Shown: one piece after another, positions 27,601-37,659 of the stretch
How positions within the stretch are numbered: position 1 is the first letter of the stretch
How the letters are laid out: each line of letters begins with the position of its first letter
DNA from: Candidatus Fimicola merdigallinarum
GTDB lineage: Bacteria; Bacillota; Clostridia; Lachnospirales; Anaerotignaceae
Assembly (NCBI GenBank): GCA_017694425.1
Contig: JADIMX010000078.1
Coordinates: forward strand, 1,351 to 65,350
Reading direction: 5' to 3'
Length of the DNA: 64,000 bases
Notes under the pieces: model-generated
Database searches by the model: none
What the model was told of the DNA's origin: nothing
Seen by the model: only the letters and a program-made list of their open reading frames with translations
Translations under genes and position numbers: made by a program

Positions 27601-28677
27601 TTGAATAAAAAGACAGTAGCTGTTCTCTTTGGTGGACAGTCATCAGAACATTCTGTTTCCAGAATTTCAGCAACAACAATAATTTCAAATATGGATAGCG
27701 AGAAGTACTATGTCATTCCTATTGGTATAACAAAAGAGGGCAAATGGCTTATATATAATGGTCCTGTTGAAAATATTAAAAATGGCGATTGGGAGAAATA
27801 CGGCACACCGGCTGTTCTAAGTCCTGATGCCGGAATGAAAGGCATTATAAAAATAGTGGGAGATAAGGCTAAAATAATACCTGTTGACGTTGTTTTCCCA
27901 GTATTACACGGTGCTTGGGGAGAAGACGGTACAATTCAGGGACTTTTAGAGCTTGCAAAAATACCTTATGTAGGCTGTGGAGTTATAGCCTCAGCTGTAA
28001 GTATGGATAAGGTATACACAAAAATAGTGTGTAAAGAGGCAGGAATACCACAGGCTAAATATACTTGGATATTCTCATCAATGATAGATAATGAGGAAAA
28101 ATTAGCTAAAATAGAAAAAGAAATAGGCTATCCTATGTTTATAAAGCCATCTAATGCTGGTTCATCTGTAGGTATTTCAAAGGCTAGAAATAAAGAGGAG
28201 CTTTTAAATGGTCTTAAACTTGCCGGTAAATACGATAGAAAAATCGTTATTGAGGAGTTTGTAAACGCTAGAGAGCTTGAGTGTGCCGTTTTAGGTAACG
28301 AGGATATAAAGGTTACTAGAGTTGGAGAGGTTTTATCAGCTGAAGATGCTGAATTCTACGACTTTGACGCAAAATACAATAATCCAGAGTCAAGAACGGT
28401 TATACCGGCTGATATTCCTAGCGAAAAAGAGGAAGAAATAAGAGGTCTTGCAAAGAAAGTATTTAAGGCTGTTGACGGTAGCGGTCTTTCAAGAATAGAT
28501 TTCTTTATGGATAAGGAAAGTGGCAAAATCATATTTAATGAGCTTAACACACTTCCAGGCTTTACATCAATAAGTATGTACCCTATGCTTTGGGAGGAGG
28601 CAGGACTTCCAAAAAATCAACTTATAGATGAACTTATAGACCTTGCTATTAAAAGAGATAACGGTATAAGAGGCTAA
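27601..28677 (+). CDS. ddl: D-alanine--D-alanine ligase
   Basis: TTG start behind AGAGGGGA. GGQSSEHSVS and EDGTIQGLLE motifs with an ATP-grasp pattern. Confidence 0.95.
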   Translation: MNKKTVAVLFGGQSSEHSVSRISATTIISNMDSEKYYVIPIGITKEGKWLIYNGPVENIKNGDWEKYGTPAVLSPDAGMKGIIKIVGDKAKIIPVDVVFPVLHGAWGEDGTIQGLLELAKIPYVGCGVIASAVSMDKVYTKIVCKEAGIPQAKYTWIFSSMIDNEEKLAKIEKEIGYPMFIKPSNAGSSVGISKARNKEELLNGLKLAGKYDRKIVIEEFVNARELECAVLGNEDIKVTRVGEVLSAEDAEFYDFDAKYNNPESRTVIPADIPSEKEEEIRGLAKKVFKAVDGSGLSRIDFFMDKESGKIIFNELNTLPGFTSISMYPMLWEEAGLPKNQLIDELIDLAIKRDNGIRG

Positions 28678-28695
28678 GTTTTGGGGGTATCAAAA

Positions 28696-29499
28696 ATGGA
28701 TAATAGACCGATAGGTATTTTTGACTCTGGAGTTGGTGGTCTTACTGTTGCAAAGCAAGTGATGAAAGTTTTGAAAAATGAGAATATAGTATATTTTGGT
28801 GATACTGCAAGGCTTCCTTACGGTAGTAAGTCAAAGGAAACTGTAACACGATTTTCAAAACAGATAGTTAGGTTTCTTTTAACAAAGAATGTTAAAGCTA
28901 TAATAATAGCCTGTAATACAGCCAGTGCTAATAGCCTTGAGGAGCTTAGAAAAACCTTTGATGTGCCTATATTCGGCGTTGTTGTTCCTGGGGCGTCAGA
29001 GGCAGTTAAAGCTACTAAAAATAAGAAAGTCGGAATAATAGGAACTTTGGGAACTGTTAGAACTGGTGAGTATAAAAAACTTATATGTGAGGCTGACAGC
29101 AGTATACAGGTATTTTCTAAGGCGTGCCCTCTTTTTGTGCCACTTGTGGAGGAGGGCTGGACAAATACAGAGATTACAAAACTTACTGCAAAAGAGTATC
29201 TCGGAGAGCTTTTAAAAGAAGGTATAGACTCCCTTGTTTTAGGTTGTACCCACTACCCACTTTTAAAAAGATGTATAGGCGATATTGTAGGGGAAAATGT
29301 AAAACTTGTAGACCCTGCAAAGGAAACAGCTATTACAGTAAAGAATTTTCTAATTGATAACAATATGATTAATGACGGTAAAGAGGATAAAAATCATATA
29401 TTTTATGTAAGTGATTACACAGAACAGTTTGATGTTCTATGCGAAAAGGCACTAAAAAAAGTTTATAAACCACAGGTTATAGATATAGAAAGTTACTAA
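28696..29499 (+). CDS. murI: Glutamate racemase
   Basis: Contains IGIFDSGVGGLTV, ACNTAS and GCTHYP motifs. Confidence 0.95.
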   Translation: MDNRPIGIFDSGVGGLTVAKQVMKVLKNENIVYFGDTARLPYGSKSKETVTRFSKQIVRFLLTKNVKAIIIACNTASANSLEELRKTFDVPIFGVVVPGASEAVKATKNKKVGIIGTLGTVRTGEYKKLICEADSSIQVFSKACPLFVPLVEEGWTNTEITKLTAKEYLGELLKEGIDSLVLGCTHYPLLKRCIGDIVGENVKLVDPAKETAITVKNFLIDNNMINDGKEDKNHIFYVSDYTEQFDVLCEKALKKVYKPQVIDIESY

Positions 29500-29608
29500 A
29501 GAATATATACACCTATCAAACATAAGTTGTAATTCCAACGTATATATGGTATGATGTAACTAATAATAACAGAGAATTATATACTTTGTTTATAAGGAGG
29601 AAATAAAA

Positions 29609-29923
29609 ATGGTTAGTTTAAAATCTGAAGATTTTGAAAATAGTGTTTTAAATAATAATAAACTTGTAATGATAGATTTCTATGCTGTTTGGTGTGGACC
29701 TTGTAAAATGGTTAGCCCAATTATTGAAGAAATCGCTGAGGAGTACAAAGATGTGTGTGACGTATTCAAATTAGATATTGACGTTGCACCAGACGTTGCT
29801 ACAAAATACAACGTGCTTGCTGTACCTACAATAATATTCTTCAAAGACGGAAAAGCTGTTGATACAATCGTTGGAGCTGTTCCAAAAACAGAATTAGTAT
29901 CTAAAATTGAAAAATATAAATAA
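29609..29923 (+). CDS. trxA: Thioredoxin
   Basis: 104 aa with the WCGPCK active site. Confidence 0.95.
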   Translation: MVSLKSEDFENSVLNNNKLVMIDFYAVWCGPCKMVSPIIEEIAEEYKDVCDVFKLDIDVAPDVATKYNVLAVPTIIFFKDGKAVDTIVGAVPKTELVSKIEKYK

Positions 29924-30190
29924 TTTTTAATGTGCGATTTTTTCGCACATTTTTTTTGCGAAAATTTTCTGTGATAGAATTGTTTTGGCAACTAAAAATA
30001 GAATTGTAGTAGCTTTTATTATGAAAGATATAAATAATTTATGGAATTCTAAATGGAGATGAAAATGTCATATAGTATTTGCACCAAAATATGTAATTGT
30101 TAGACCATTTAAGGATTAAAATAATAAATGATTTGCAAAAAAATAAAGGCTGATTACTAAAAATCAGCCTTATATTTTTCTTAACCTAAA

Positions 30191-30451
30191 TTACTTAATT
30201 TCAAGTCCTGCTAATTTTGCCATTTCGATTATAGAAGCTTTAGAAACTTTTTTTCCTTTATAATCGATAAGTTCGTCCATACTTCCTGTAAATATGTCAG
30301 CAGGTTCATATTTTTTAAGGACTATTTTCTCGTCATCAACAAAAATTTCAAGTGCATCTTTCTCGTTGATGTTAAGATTTCTTCTGAGCTCGATAGGTAA
30401 TACAACTCTTCCAAGTTCGTCAACCTTTCTTACAATCCCAGTTGATTTCAT
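30191..30451 (-). CDS. abrB: AbrB-family transition-state regulator
   Basis: Begins MKSTGIVRKVDELGRVVLPIELRRNLNI, a SpoVT/AbrB swapped-hairpin domain. 86 aa. Confidence 0.9.
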   Translation of the reverse strand: MKSTGIVRKVDELGRVVLPIELRRNLNINEKDALEIFVDDEKIVLKKYEPADIFTGSMDELIDYKGKKVSKASIIEMAKLAGLEIK

Positions 30452-30622
30452 AAAAAACCTCCTAAAAATAACCTAAAACCAAATATACTACTTTAAAATA
30501 ACATAAATTTTTTGAAAAGTCAATAATTAGGATAAAATGTCAAAAAAAATTTACAACTTTTGTTATAGACACCATATAATTTGCATAAATTTTAATGTAA
30601 TTGTAAGTGGAGTGTTTAAAAA

Positions 30623-31216
30623 ATGTTAAATTTCATTTGGGGTACTTTTATAATAGGAGGTTTAGTTTTTTCGATTATTACTGGAAAAAGTGATACCATA
30701 ACTGACTCTATATTGAGCGGAGGCAAGGAAGCCATTTCACTTTGCATAACAATGGCAGGAGTTATATCCATATGGACAGGCATAATGGAAATTGCAGAAA
30801 AAAGTGGAATGATAAAAGGTATATCTAAAAAATTAGACCCAATACTTTCATTTCTTTTTCCCAATATACCGAAAAACAGCGTTGCTAGGGAATACATAGC
30901 TACAAACTTTACAGCCAATTTTTTTGGTCTTGGTTGGGCATCTACACCGGCAGGGCTTTTGGCTATGGAGGAGCTTCAAAAACTTAATAAGAAAAAAGAT
31001 ACAGCTAGTGATGATATGTGTATGTTTATGATAGTCAATATGTCATCATTACAGCTTGTTACAATGAATATAATAGCATATAGAAGTCAGTATATGTCAA
31101 AAAATCCTTCGGAGATTATATTTGCAGGTATACTTGCAACCGTAGTTTCGACTATTGCTGGAGTTATATTTGCAAAGGTAATGGGAAGGAGAAATAAAAA
31201 ATGGAAAAGTTTATAA
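30623..31216 (+). CDS. spmA: Spore maturation protein A (nucleoside-recognition membrane protein)
   Basis: Begins MLNFIWG. Membrane protein whose 3' end overlaps the start of the spmB-like gene (31201). Confidence 0.85.
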   Translation: MLNFIWGTFIIGGLVFSIITGKSDTITDSILSGGKEAISLCITMAGVISIWTGIMEIAEKSGMIKGISKKLDPILSFLFPNIPKNSVAREYIATNFTANFFGLGWASTPAGLLAMEELQKLNKKKDTASDDMCMFMIVNMSSLQLVTMNIIAYRSQYMSKNPSEIIFAGILATVVSTIAGVIFAKVMGRRNKKWKSL

Positions 31217-31728
31217 TAATATCTAACCTTATAATACCTGTTATAGTTTTTTCCACAGTTCTTTTCGGTGCAACAAAAGGCATATCAATATATGAAACAT
31301 TTGTTGACGGTGCGAAAAAGGGTATCGCCACAGTATTTGATATTGCACCAACCCTTATTGCACTTATGATGTCTGTATATATTCTTCGCTCGTCAGGACT
31401 ACTGGATATAGTGGCAAATTTATTTAAGCCTATAACAAGTATTACTGGATTTCCAAAAGAGCTTGTTCCGCTTTGCATTATGCGACTGGTTTCCTCCTCG
31501 GCATCAACAGGACTTTTGACAGATATTTTTGCTACATATGGGCCAGATTCCTTTATGGGTAGGCTGGCATCAGTTATGATGAGCTGTACAGAAACTGTGT
31601 TCTATACTATGTCACTTTATTTTTTACATATAAACATAAGAAAAACAAGATATACTTTAGCCGGTGCTATAATATCAAATATTTTTGGCATTATAGGTGC
31701 ATACATATTAACCCTTTTACTTTTTTAA
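31201..31728 (+). CDS. spmB: Spore maturation protein B
   Basis: 175-aa membrane protein overlapping the spmA 3' end, which is the canonical spmAB arrangement. Confidence 0.85.
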   Translation: MEKFIIISNLIIPVIVFSTVLFGATKGISIYETFVDGAKKGIATVFDIAPTLIALMMSVYILRSSGLLDIVANLFKPITSITGFPKELVPLCIMRLVSSSASTGLLTDIFATYGPDSFMGRLASVMMSCTETVFYTMSLYFLHINIRKTRYTLAGAIISNIFGIIGAYILTLLLF

Positions 31729-31804
31729 AAAAATAGCAATATTCTTATATTTTATGCTATAATCAGTATATTAAATTTTTACTCTACGTAGGGGTGCTGA
31801 TTAT

Positions 31805-33175
31805 ATGTTTATTAAGAAAATATTTATTTTGCTTGCTATGACTATTTTTATTACAGGCTGTGGCAATAAAAATGATGATAGCAACTCTGTTTCTCTAAAT
31901 TTTAATGAGAGAGAGAAATATAAGGAACAGATATACGCTCTTATGTATGATTACTACTGGAGATACGACAGCTCAACAGTTGAATTTTTTGCCTCTAGCG
32001 TGCCGGAAGATATAGAAGAAAATGAAAAAATATTTGATGCATCTTCTGATATAGATTTAAGTCTTGAAAGGTACTCGGGGGATAATTGTGTTGTTGTTAC
32101 TATGGATTTACAGCATTTTAACGGTGATTATGCAGGAAGAGGATATTACTATTTTATAAAAGATAAACTTAGAGGGGCTTATTACACAGCCAATGACGAC
32201 AAGCCTTATAGTTTTGGTATAAGAAATATATTCGTAAATTCGCCTAGCTTTACAGGTTATGAAAGTGATGAGGTTATGGCTACCTTTAAAGAATATAAGT
32301 CTTATGTAGATGTTGACGGTTTTTCCGATACATCTAAGGATAATTCGGGAAAATTTATGGCTTTGTCTGTAAATGGTGATAATTTAAACATTTACAAATA
32401 CTCTAATAAAAGTCTTGTTAGAAGCAAGTCTGTTTATATGTCGTCTAATGGTCTTGTCCCACTTTCTGCTTGCTTTATAGGAAGTGATGATGATTTTTCA
32501 GGTGTTGCAGTCATTATGGGTGAGTATGTAGTTGAGGAGGACGAACATTCTCACGAGGAGGGCGATACTTATTCCCACGAGGAGGATATATACACAGTAT
32601 CTAAAAAGGTTGTTTTCTTAAATGATAATTTTAATAAAACAGGTCAAGAGATTTTATTATCAGATAGTAACTGTAATAGTATATTCTATGATGATGATTA
32701 TCTTTCTATTGTTGCTGGGGATTATATAGAGTATTATGCTAATGGCGAAAATGGTTTTGAAAAGGTAGGCCAGTTTAGATTAGGTCATACAGCTAACCAC
32801 GTTCACATTACAGACCTTGACGGTGACGGAAGCAAAGAGTATATTATGACAGACGGGTTCGACCTTTATATGTATAAAAAAGAGGGTACAGACTTTATAA
32901 ATGTTTGGCGTACCCATATAACTGTAAACAACTTTACAGGTTATATATATTCAGGTGACCTTAATAATGACGGTACAAAAGAAGTTTATGTAAGCGATAT
33001 AACAGGGACTGCTATTAGATATATATTAAAAGAAAATGGTCTTATTACAAGTAATGAAGATATTGAATATGGCAACAATATATATGCTTGTGATTTTAAT
33101 AATGACGGAAAAGACGATTATATAAAAATAGTATTTGGTGAAAATACAAAGCAGTCTATGTGTATACAGCAGTAG
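31805..33175 (+). CDS. Lipoprotein with FG-GAP/VCBS-like calcium-binding repeats
   Basis: Lipobox ITGCGN. Repeats DLDGDGSKEY, DLNNDGTKEV and DFNNDGKDDY. Confidence 0.6.
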   Translation: MFIKKIFILLAMTIFITGCGNKNDDSNSVSLNFNEREKYKEQIYALMYDYYWRYDSSTVEFFASSVPEDIEENEKIFDASSDIDLSLERYSGDNCVVVTMDLQHFNGDYAGRGYYYFIKDKLRGAYYTANDDKPYSFGIRNIFVNSPSFTGYESDEVMATFKEYKSYVDVDGFSDTSKDNSGKFMALSVNGDNLNIYKYSNKSLVRSKSVYMSSNGLVPLSACFIGSDDDFSGVAVIMGEYVVEEDEHSHEEGDTYSHEEDIYTVSKKVVFLNDNFNKTGQEILLSDSNCNSIFYDDDYLSIVAGDYIEYYANGENGFEKVGQFRLGHTANHVHITDLDGDGSKEYIMTDGFDLYMYKKEGTDFINVWRTHITVNNFTGYIYSGDLNNDGTKEVYVSDITGTAIRYILKENGLITSNEDIEYGNNIYACDFNNDGKDDYIKIVFGENTKQSMCIQQ

Positions 33176-33189
33176 TTTTGAGGTAAGTT

Positions 33190-33681
33190 ATGAATGATGA
33201 GTATTATATGAGAGAGGCACTTATTGAGGGGAAAAAGGCTTATGATGTTGATGAAGTCCCTATAGGTGCTGTTATGGTGAGAAATGGGGAGATTATAGCT
33301 AGAGGGTACAATAAAAGAAATACACTTAAAAATCCCCTTTGTCACGCCGAAATAGAAGTTATAAATAAGTCGGCTGAAGTTTTGGGCGACTGGCGACTTG
33401 AAGACTGTACGCTTTATGTTACAGTTGAGCCTTGTCCTATGTGTGCCGGTGCTATTGTGCAGGCTAGAATACCTAAGGTTGTTTTTGGCACAGCAAATAA
33501 AAAGGCTGGGTGTGCCGGCTCGGTTTTAGATGTTTTAAATGAGCCAAAGTTAAATCATCAGGTAAAAGTTTTATCTGGAGTTCTTGAGGAAGAATGTAGT
33601 CAGATTATGAGTTCATTTTTTAAAGAATTTAGAGCTAAAATGAAAGAAAATAAAAAGAAGTGTAGTGAAAATACTTTGTAA
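33190..33681 (+). CDS. tadA: tRNA-specific adenosine deaminase
   Basis: CHAE and PCPMCAGA zinc motifs. Confidence 0.9.
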   Translation: MNDEYYMREALIEGKKAYDVDEVPIGAVMVRNGEIIARGYNKRNTLKNPLCHAEIEVINKSAEVLGDWRLEDCTLYVTVEPCPMCAGAIVQARIPKVVFGTANKKAGCAGSVLDVLNEPKLNHQVKVLSGVLEEECSQIMSSFFKEFRAKMKENKKKCSENTL

Positions 33682-33702
33682 AATACTGTAACATTAATTA
33701 TA

Positions 33703-33731
33703 TTGACATAATCATATAAAACAGGTATACT
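33703..33731 (+). promoter_or_regulatory. Putative sigma-A promoter upstream of the SRP RNA
   Basis: TTGACA (33703-33708), a 17-nt spacer, then TATACT (33726-33731). Confidence 0.5.
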
Positions 33732-33759
33732 TATTAATGTTAAAAAAGTTTATAAAATT

Positions 33760-34024
33760 TCTGTGCTAGCCGGGGCGGTAGTGGTGCCCTGTACTCTCAA
33801 TCCACTATAGTGAGGGTGATGCCTACTCTAGGCTTTTCAGGTTAGAGTCTGCCCTTTTAAGATGGCGTTGAAGACTGAGTCTTGTGCAACAGCAACCTGT
33901 GAACCGTGTCAGGTCCGGAAGGAAGCAGCACTAAACAGCCCCTGTTGTGTGCCGCAAGGTCGCTTAGTCTGAGTTGTCGAGACTGGTAACGTCTGGTTTG
34001 GACTGTCGAAAGTAGGTGCACAGA
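33760..34024 (+). ncRNA. ffs: Signal recognition particle RNA, long (Bacillus/Clostridium) type
   Basis: The universal domain IV motif GTCAGGTCCGGAAGGAAGCAGC is present. The 5' TCTGTGC pairs with 3' GCACAGA. The location immediately downstream of tadA is conserved in Firmicutes. Ends are approximate. Confidence 0.85.
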
Positions 34025-34114
34025 TTCTTAATATATAAAATATATCTGCCATATGTTTATGAAGTTTCATAAATGTATGGCATTTTTCAAGTCTTAATTA
34101 AGGAGGGGTATTTT

Positions 34115-34960
34115 TTGGAATTAATAGAATTTATAAAGGCTATTATACTAGGTATCGTTGAAGGTATTACGGAGTGGTTACCTATAAGTAGTACAGGACA
34201 TATGATACTTGTTGACCAGTTTTTAGTGCTTAACACAACTGATGCTTTCAAAGATATGTTTTTTGTTGTAATACAGTTAGGTGCTATACTTGCTGTTGTT
34301 GTTATGTACTTTAAAAGGCTTATACCGTTTACTTTAAAGGGTGGTTTTAAGCTTGATATGGATAAAATATCTATGTGGTTAAAAATTCTTGTAGCATCTA
34401 TACCTGCTGGTGTGGTGGGAATACTTTTTGATGATGTTTTTACAAGACTTTTCTATAATTATCAGACAGTAGCAATAATGCTTATATTATTTGGTATACT
34501 CTTTATAATTGTTGAAAATAAAAATAGAAATCAAATACCAATAGTTAAAAGTATAGATAGAATAAATTATCGTCTTGCCTTTGCAATAGGTGTGTTTCAG
34601 CTTATAGCTGCTGTTTTCCCAGGAACATCTCGTTCTGGTGCTACAATAGTAGGTGCTCTTATGTTAGGTGTTTCAAGAACAGTTGCAACAGAGTTTACAT
34701 TCTTCCTTGCAATACCGGCTATGTTCGGTGCTAGTGCCTTAAAAATGGGCAAATTCTTTATGAATGGTCAAGTTATGAGCGGTAGCGAAATAGGAATACT
34801 TTTAACAGGAATGATAGTTGCTTTTGTAGTTTCTATATTAGCTATAAACTTCCTTGTAGGTTACATAAAGAAAAACGATTTCAAAGCTTTTGGTTGGTAT
34901 AGAATAGTTTTAGGTATTATAGTTCTTCTATACTTCTTACTTACAAGCTATATATTATAA
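34115..34960 (+). CDS. uppP: Undecaprenyl-diphosphate phosphatase
   Basis: TTG at 34115 behind AAGGAGGGG. EGITEWLPISSTGHM and PGTSRSGATI motifs. Confidence 0.9.
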   Translation: MELIEFIKAIILGIVEGITEWLPISSTGHMILVDQFLVLNTTDAFKDMFFVVIQLGAILAVVVMYFKRLIPFTLKGGFKLDMDKISMWLKILVASIPAGVVGILFDDVFTRLFYNYQTVAIMLILFGILFIIVENKNRNQIPIVKSIDRINYRLAFAIGVFQLIAAVFPGTSRSGATIVGALMLGVSRTVATEFTFFLAIPAMFGASALKMGKFFMNGQVMSGSEIGILLTGMIVAFVVSILAINFLVGYIKKNDFKAFGWYRIVLGIIVLLYFLLTSYIL

Positions 34961-34998
34961 AAAAAGTGTCGGTTTTAAAACCGACACTTTTATTTTTA

Positions 34999-36105
34999 TC
35001 ATATTTTAATAAGTTCGTATTCCTGAGTTCCAAGTCCAAGTTTTTCTGCGTGTGTAAGCTGAGATTTCCAGTTTGTTTCTGGGTGGTTGTTGCAGAAATG
35101 GTCATCGTGATTATGTTCTGCTTTATCAAGTTTACTTCCTGGAGTTATAGGCTGTCTATTTACTGCGTCAGCACAAGCCTTATCAAGGGCTACAGGGTCG
35201 AAAGAAGCGAACATTCCAACATCTGGTACAATAGGAATATCGTTTTCTGCGTGACAGTCACAGTATGGTGAAACGTCAATAACAAGGCTAATATGGAAGT
35301 GAGGACGATTATTTAAAACAGCGTATGTATATTCAGCCATTTTGTAGTTTAAGATATCGTTTGACTCATCAAATAATGTATGTATTGCGTCAACTGGACA
35401 GACACCGATACATCTGCCACAACCAACACATTTATTTGTGTCGATAGTTGCTTTTTTATCTTCCATTGTTATTGCACTATGGGCACAAACCTTTGTACAA
35501 GAGCCACAGCCAACGCAACCCTGGTGGTTAACAGCAGGTTTTCCGGCATTGTGCATTTCCATTTTACCAGCTCTTGAGCCACAGCCCATACCGATATTTT
35601 TTATAGCACCACCGAAACCTGTTGATTCGTGACCTTTAAAGTGGCTTAATGATATTACAATGTCAGCGTCCATTACAGCACGACCGATTTTTGCCTCTTT
35701 TACATATTCTCCGTTAGGAACAGGAACGTATGCTTCGTCAGTACCTTTAAGACCGTCTGCTATAATAACGTGACAGCCAGTTGAAAATGGAGAAAATCCA
35801 TTTAAGTATGCTGCGTCAATATGGTCTAAGGCATTTTTTCTTCCACCTACATATAAAGTGTTACAGTCTGTAAGGAAAGGTTTTCCGCCAAGGTCTTTTA
35901 TCACATCAGCAACTGCCTTTGCATAGTTTGGTCTAAGGTAGGCAAGGTTTCCAGGTTCACCAAAGTGAATTTTTATAGCAACATATTTCTTATCAAAGTC
36001 AATATTTCCAATACCGGCAGTCTTCATAAGTCTTTGTATCTTCTGAAGAAGGTTTTCGTTAAATGTTGTGTGCATATCGGTATAATAAACTTTTGATTTT
36101 TCCAT
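34999..36105 (-). CDS. DUF362 domain protein with a 2x[4Fe-4S] ferredoxin insert
   Basis: CVGCGSCTKVC and CVGCGRCIGVCP clusters. The start was set at MEKSKVYY for RBS spacing (GGAGG). Confidence 0.8.
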   Translation of the reverse strand: MEKSKVYYTDMHTTFNENLLQKIQRLMKTAGIGNIDFDKKYVAIKIHFGEPGNLAYLRPNYAKAVADVIKDLGGKPFLTDCNTLYVGGRKNALDHIDAAYLNGFSPFSTGCHVIIADGLKGTDEAYVPVPNGEYVKEAKIGRAVMDADIVISLSHFKGHESTGFGGAIKNIGMGCGSRAGKMEMHNAGKPAVNHQGCVGCGSCTKVCAHSAITMEDKKATIDTNKCVGCGRCIGVCPVDAIHTLFDESNDILNYKMAEYTYAVLNNRPHFHISLVIDVSPYCDCHAENDIPIVPDVGMFASFDPVALDKACADAVNRQPITPGSKLDKAEHNHDDHFCNNHPETNWKSQLTHAEKLGLGTQEYELIKI

Positions 36106-36346
36106 TTTCATTACCTCCATTTTAAAATAATAGTATATAATAATTATAAGGTATTTAGTATACTAGGTCAATTAAATGGTGTTAATATTTGTAAAACCTG
36201 TATAGGTGATTTAGTCGATATATGGTAGCTAAAGCATATTGACAAATTATAGAGGTTACTGTATAAAATACTTATTATGTATTGTTTAAAAAACAAGTAA
36301 AGTATAGAAAATTTAAGTGTTATTTTATATAAAAGGAGATGGGCTG

Positions 36347-37642
36347 ATGAGTAAATTGCATAGGGACGGAGTGCTTAGTGCAAGGGAGAGAATTTCAAGG
36401 CTTTTAGATAACCATACATTCGTTGAGATTGGTGCTTTAGTTGGGGAGAATGACAGTGTTATAACTGGATACGGAAGTGTTTTAGGTAGACTTGTTTTTG
36501 TATATGCTCAGGATAGTAGTGTTTCAGATGGTTTTATTGATGAAAGACAGGCGAAAAAAATCTGTAGTTTATACGATAAGGCTATGAAAATGGGTGCTAC
36601 TGTTGTAGGTTTTTTAGATTCAAAAGGCTTTAAAGATGACAGAGGTTTTTCTGGTTTAGGTGATGTTTTTAGCACTATGATTAAAGCCTCTGGAGTAATA
36701 CCTCAGGTTACAGCTATTATGGGAGAGTGTACAGGTGCAAGTTCTATTATACCAACTCTTTCAGACTTTATATTTACTGTTAAGGATAACTACAAGTTTT
36801 TCTTAGTAGAGCCTAGTAGCGACCCTAAGGAGAATGGAAAAAAAGGAGATACAAGTTCAAAGCCGGATAATAGCATAACTCATTTTGTGTGTGATACAGA
36901 AGCTAGTTGTATTTCCGATATGATAAGACTTATAGACATTATACCGTCAAACAATATGGAGGACGCACCTTTCTTTGGCACAGGTGATGATTCTAGTAGG
37001 GAAGATGAATTTCTTAATAGTATAGTTTCTGAAAACTTAGATAATTTAGATATGGAAAGAATAATAAAATCTATTGGTGATAACGGTGATTTTATAGAGG
37101 TTCAAAAAGACTTCTCACCGGAGGTGAAAGAGGGCTTTATAAGAATAAGTGGTTATACAGTTGGAGTTATAGCTAATAATAGCTGTAAACTTACACATCA
37201 CAGTACAGGAAAAGCATTAAGATTCCTTTCTTTCTGCGATTCTTTCAATATACCTGTTGTAACACTTACAGATGTTTGTGGATTTAAAGGTGGCGTAGGT
37301 CAGACAGTTCTTATAAAGAGTGTAACAAAACTTTTAGCCGGATTTAACAACGCTACTTGTCCTAAAATAAATGTTATAGTTAGAAATGGCTTTGGAACAC
37401 CTTCCCTTGTTATGAACTCTAAAGCTACAGGTGCTGACATTGTTGTAGCTTGGGAAGGGGCAAATGTTTCTTCAAGTGAAAATTACTCCGATTGTGGAGT
37501 TAGTGATGCAGTTTTAAAAGGCTTTGTTGATGATGTGATAAAACCATCTAAGACAAGGGGATATCTTGCAAATGTTTTAGAAATGCTTTCTACAAAGAGA
37601 GATACTGCACCAAGTAAAAAACATTCTAGCTTAAGTCTTTAA
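36347..37642 (+). CDS. Divergent carboxyltransferase-domain protein (acyl-CoA carboxylase beta / decarboxylase alpha-like)
   Basis: The N-terminal pattern LSARERISRLLDNHTFVEIG and VIPQVTAIMGECTG align to the carboxyl-transferase fold. It is shorter than canonical members and its conserved glycine motifs are altered. Confidence 0.6.
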   Translation: MSKLHRDGVLSARERISRLLDNHTFVEIGALVGENDSVITGYGSVLGRLVFVYAQDSSVSDGFIDERQAKKICSLYDKAMKMGATVVGFLDSKGFKDDRGFSGLGDVFSTMIKASGVIPQVTAIMGECTGASSIIPTLSDFIFTVKDNYKFFLVEPSSDPKENGKKGDTSSKPDNSITHFVCDTEASCISDMIRLIDIIPSNNMEDAPFFGTGDDSSREDEFLNSIVSENLDNLDMERIIKSIGDNGDFIEVQKDFSPEVKEGFIRISGYTVGVIANNSCKLTHHSTGKALRFLSFCDSFNIPVVTLTDVCGFKGGVGQTVLIKSVTKLLAGFNNATCPKINVIVRNGFGTPSLVMNSKATGADIVVAWEGANVSSSENYSDCGVSDAVLKGFVDDVIKPSKTRGYLANVLEMLSTKRDTAPSKKHSSLSL

Positions 37643-37659
37643 AATAAAAAACAGACACT

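Noticed and set aside
30053-30103. A tiny Cys-rich ORF (MEMKMSYSICTKICNC) in the trxA-abrB intergenic region, which might be a RiPP or signalling peptide.
   Set aside because: The only support is a weak GGAG upstream. No modification, export or receptor genes are nearby. Chance ORFs of this size are expected in AT-rich DNA, so it is not reportable without conservation or Ribo-seq data.
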